This document shows, piece after piece, positions 63,250 through 64,000 of a stretch of 64,000 nt of DNA. Below the pieces are notes generated by a model. The model saw only the letters and a list, made by a program, of their open reading frames with translations, ran no database searches and was not told the origin of the DNA. The DNA is from a virus. A program made the translations under genes and the position numbers. The stretch covers positions 32,001-96,000 of IMG/VR virus record IMGVR_UViG_3300032308_002010; one strand, 5' to 3'. Position 1 is the first letter of the stretch. Each line of letters opens with the position of its first letter.

Positions 63250-63897
63250 TTACCACTTGAACGGTTGCACGCCGGGCGCTTGCAGCTGCTGCGCGCCAAT
63301 TTGCGCCGCGCTGCTTTCAACCGGTTGAGAGCCCATCGTCATGCCCACGGTGTTAATCGGATTGCGAATCATGGCGTTGCCAAGCGATTTTACAGGATTC
63401 ATTGGCACAGACATCGGGCCCATCTGTTTCCAGCTCGTTTGCATCTGCGGAATGTGCTTTTGAATGCCCTGCGACATCGTGGTGTTTATGTTATTTGCGG
63501 CGCGATTTGCGGCTACCATGCCGCGGCTTAACGCCTGCGCGCCATCGGCTGCGGCGCCCAGACCCTTGCCGACAGTCTGCGCTACGCGGCCACCACCGGC
63601 TAAGGCACGACTGCCGCGAAGCAGGCCCTTCGCGGCTCCCGTAGCCAGCGCAGCTCCCGGAATGAGGCCCAGCGCCATCATGCCGGCAGAGCCCAGCGAG
63701 CCAAGCACGTTGCCCTGACTAACGTTGTGGTACAGGTCTTGAGCGGATTGAACGGAGCCTAATCCCGGCACAAAGTAACCCAATCCGCGCGCGAGCGTGT
63801 TTTCTTGATTCAGCGGATTAAAACCGCCAAGGCTTGGGCCCAACGCCTGCTTTTCAATATGCGCCCCGACACTGTAGCCAAACTCGTATGGGCGCAT
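63250..63897 (-). CDS. Gly/Ala-rich putative internal head protein
   Basis: ATG 63897 after GGAG; leader MRPYEFGYSVGAHIEKQA. Confidence 0.55.
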   Translation of the reverse strand: MRPYEFGYSVGAHIEKQALGPSLGGFNPLNQENTLARGLGYFVPGLGSVQSAQDLYHNVSQGNVLGSLGSAGMMALGLIPGAALATGAAKGLLRGSRALAGGGRVAQTVGKGLGAAADGAQALSRGMVAANRAANNINTTMSQGIQKHIPQMQTSWKQMGPMSVPMNPVKSLGNAMIRNPINTVGMTMGSQPVESSAAQIGAQQLQAPGVQPFKW

Positions 63898-63926
63898 GTG
63901 TAACTCCGACAGCTGACGATAGTTTA

Positions 63927-64000
63927 TTATTTCGTGGCGCATTCCCGGCCGCAACGAAACACCAGCGAATAGCGGGTGCCCGTGACCGGAAGTATTTCAT
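63927..64000 (-). CDS. C-terminus of a probable AlkB-like 2OG-Fe(II) dioxygenase (partial)
   Basis: Reads (H)EILPVTGTRYSLVFRCGRECATK*; H...R.S..FR is the 2OG-binding C-terminal motif. Only 24 codons are visible and the His codon is truncated. Confidence 0.45.
   Translation of the reverse strand, partial: EILPVTGTRYSLVFRCGRECATK

Noticed and set aside
1-64000. CRISPR array, rRNA, integrase/IS element or recoded stop codons
   Set aside because: No regularly spaced repeats or such genes were seen; genes tile cleanly with the standard code and end at TAA, TAG or TGA.

Overview
A 64-kb segment of a large tailed phage genome (jumbo, contractile-tailed myovirus-like). Every credible protein-coding gene lies on the minus strand. 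In transcription order (high to low coordinates) it holds: accessory genes and putative internal-head proteins (PhoH, methyltransferase, ferritin-like, dCMP deaminase, GIY-YIG endonuclease, actin-like ATPase); a tRNA-Asn and two candidate structured ncRNAs; a protease-rich envelope/lysis-like cluster; a two-gene multisubunit RNA polymerase with an unusual beta+beta'-N fusion and a separate beta'-C; a head module (prohead protease, scaffold, decoration, HK97-type major capsid protein); neck, sheath, tube, spike, chaperones, tape measure and baseplate genes; and a sigma factor inside the baseplate genes. No portal, terminase, DNA polymerase or CRISPR array was recognised. The most striking unexplained patterns are: (i) Shine-Dalgarno sites of major structural genes sit in covarying C-ANGGAN-G hexaloop hairpins, the CsrA/RsmE target fold, alongside two candidate ncRNAs with GGA-containing loops; (ii) a recurring K-x-A(S/A/G) motif and FEFG(Y) leaders suggesting a head-protease-processed cargo system, including a 2H-phosphoesterase polyprotein; (iii) the rearranged RNAP lacking its zinc ligands. 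All functional calls come from motif recognition by eye; no database searches or folding programs were run.
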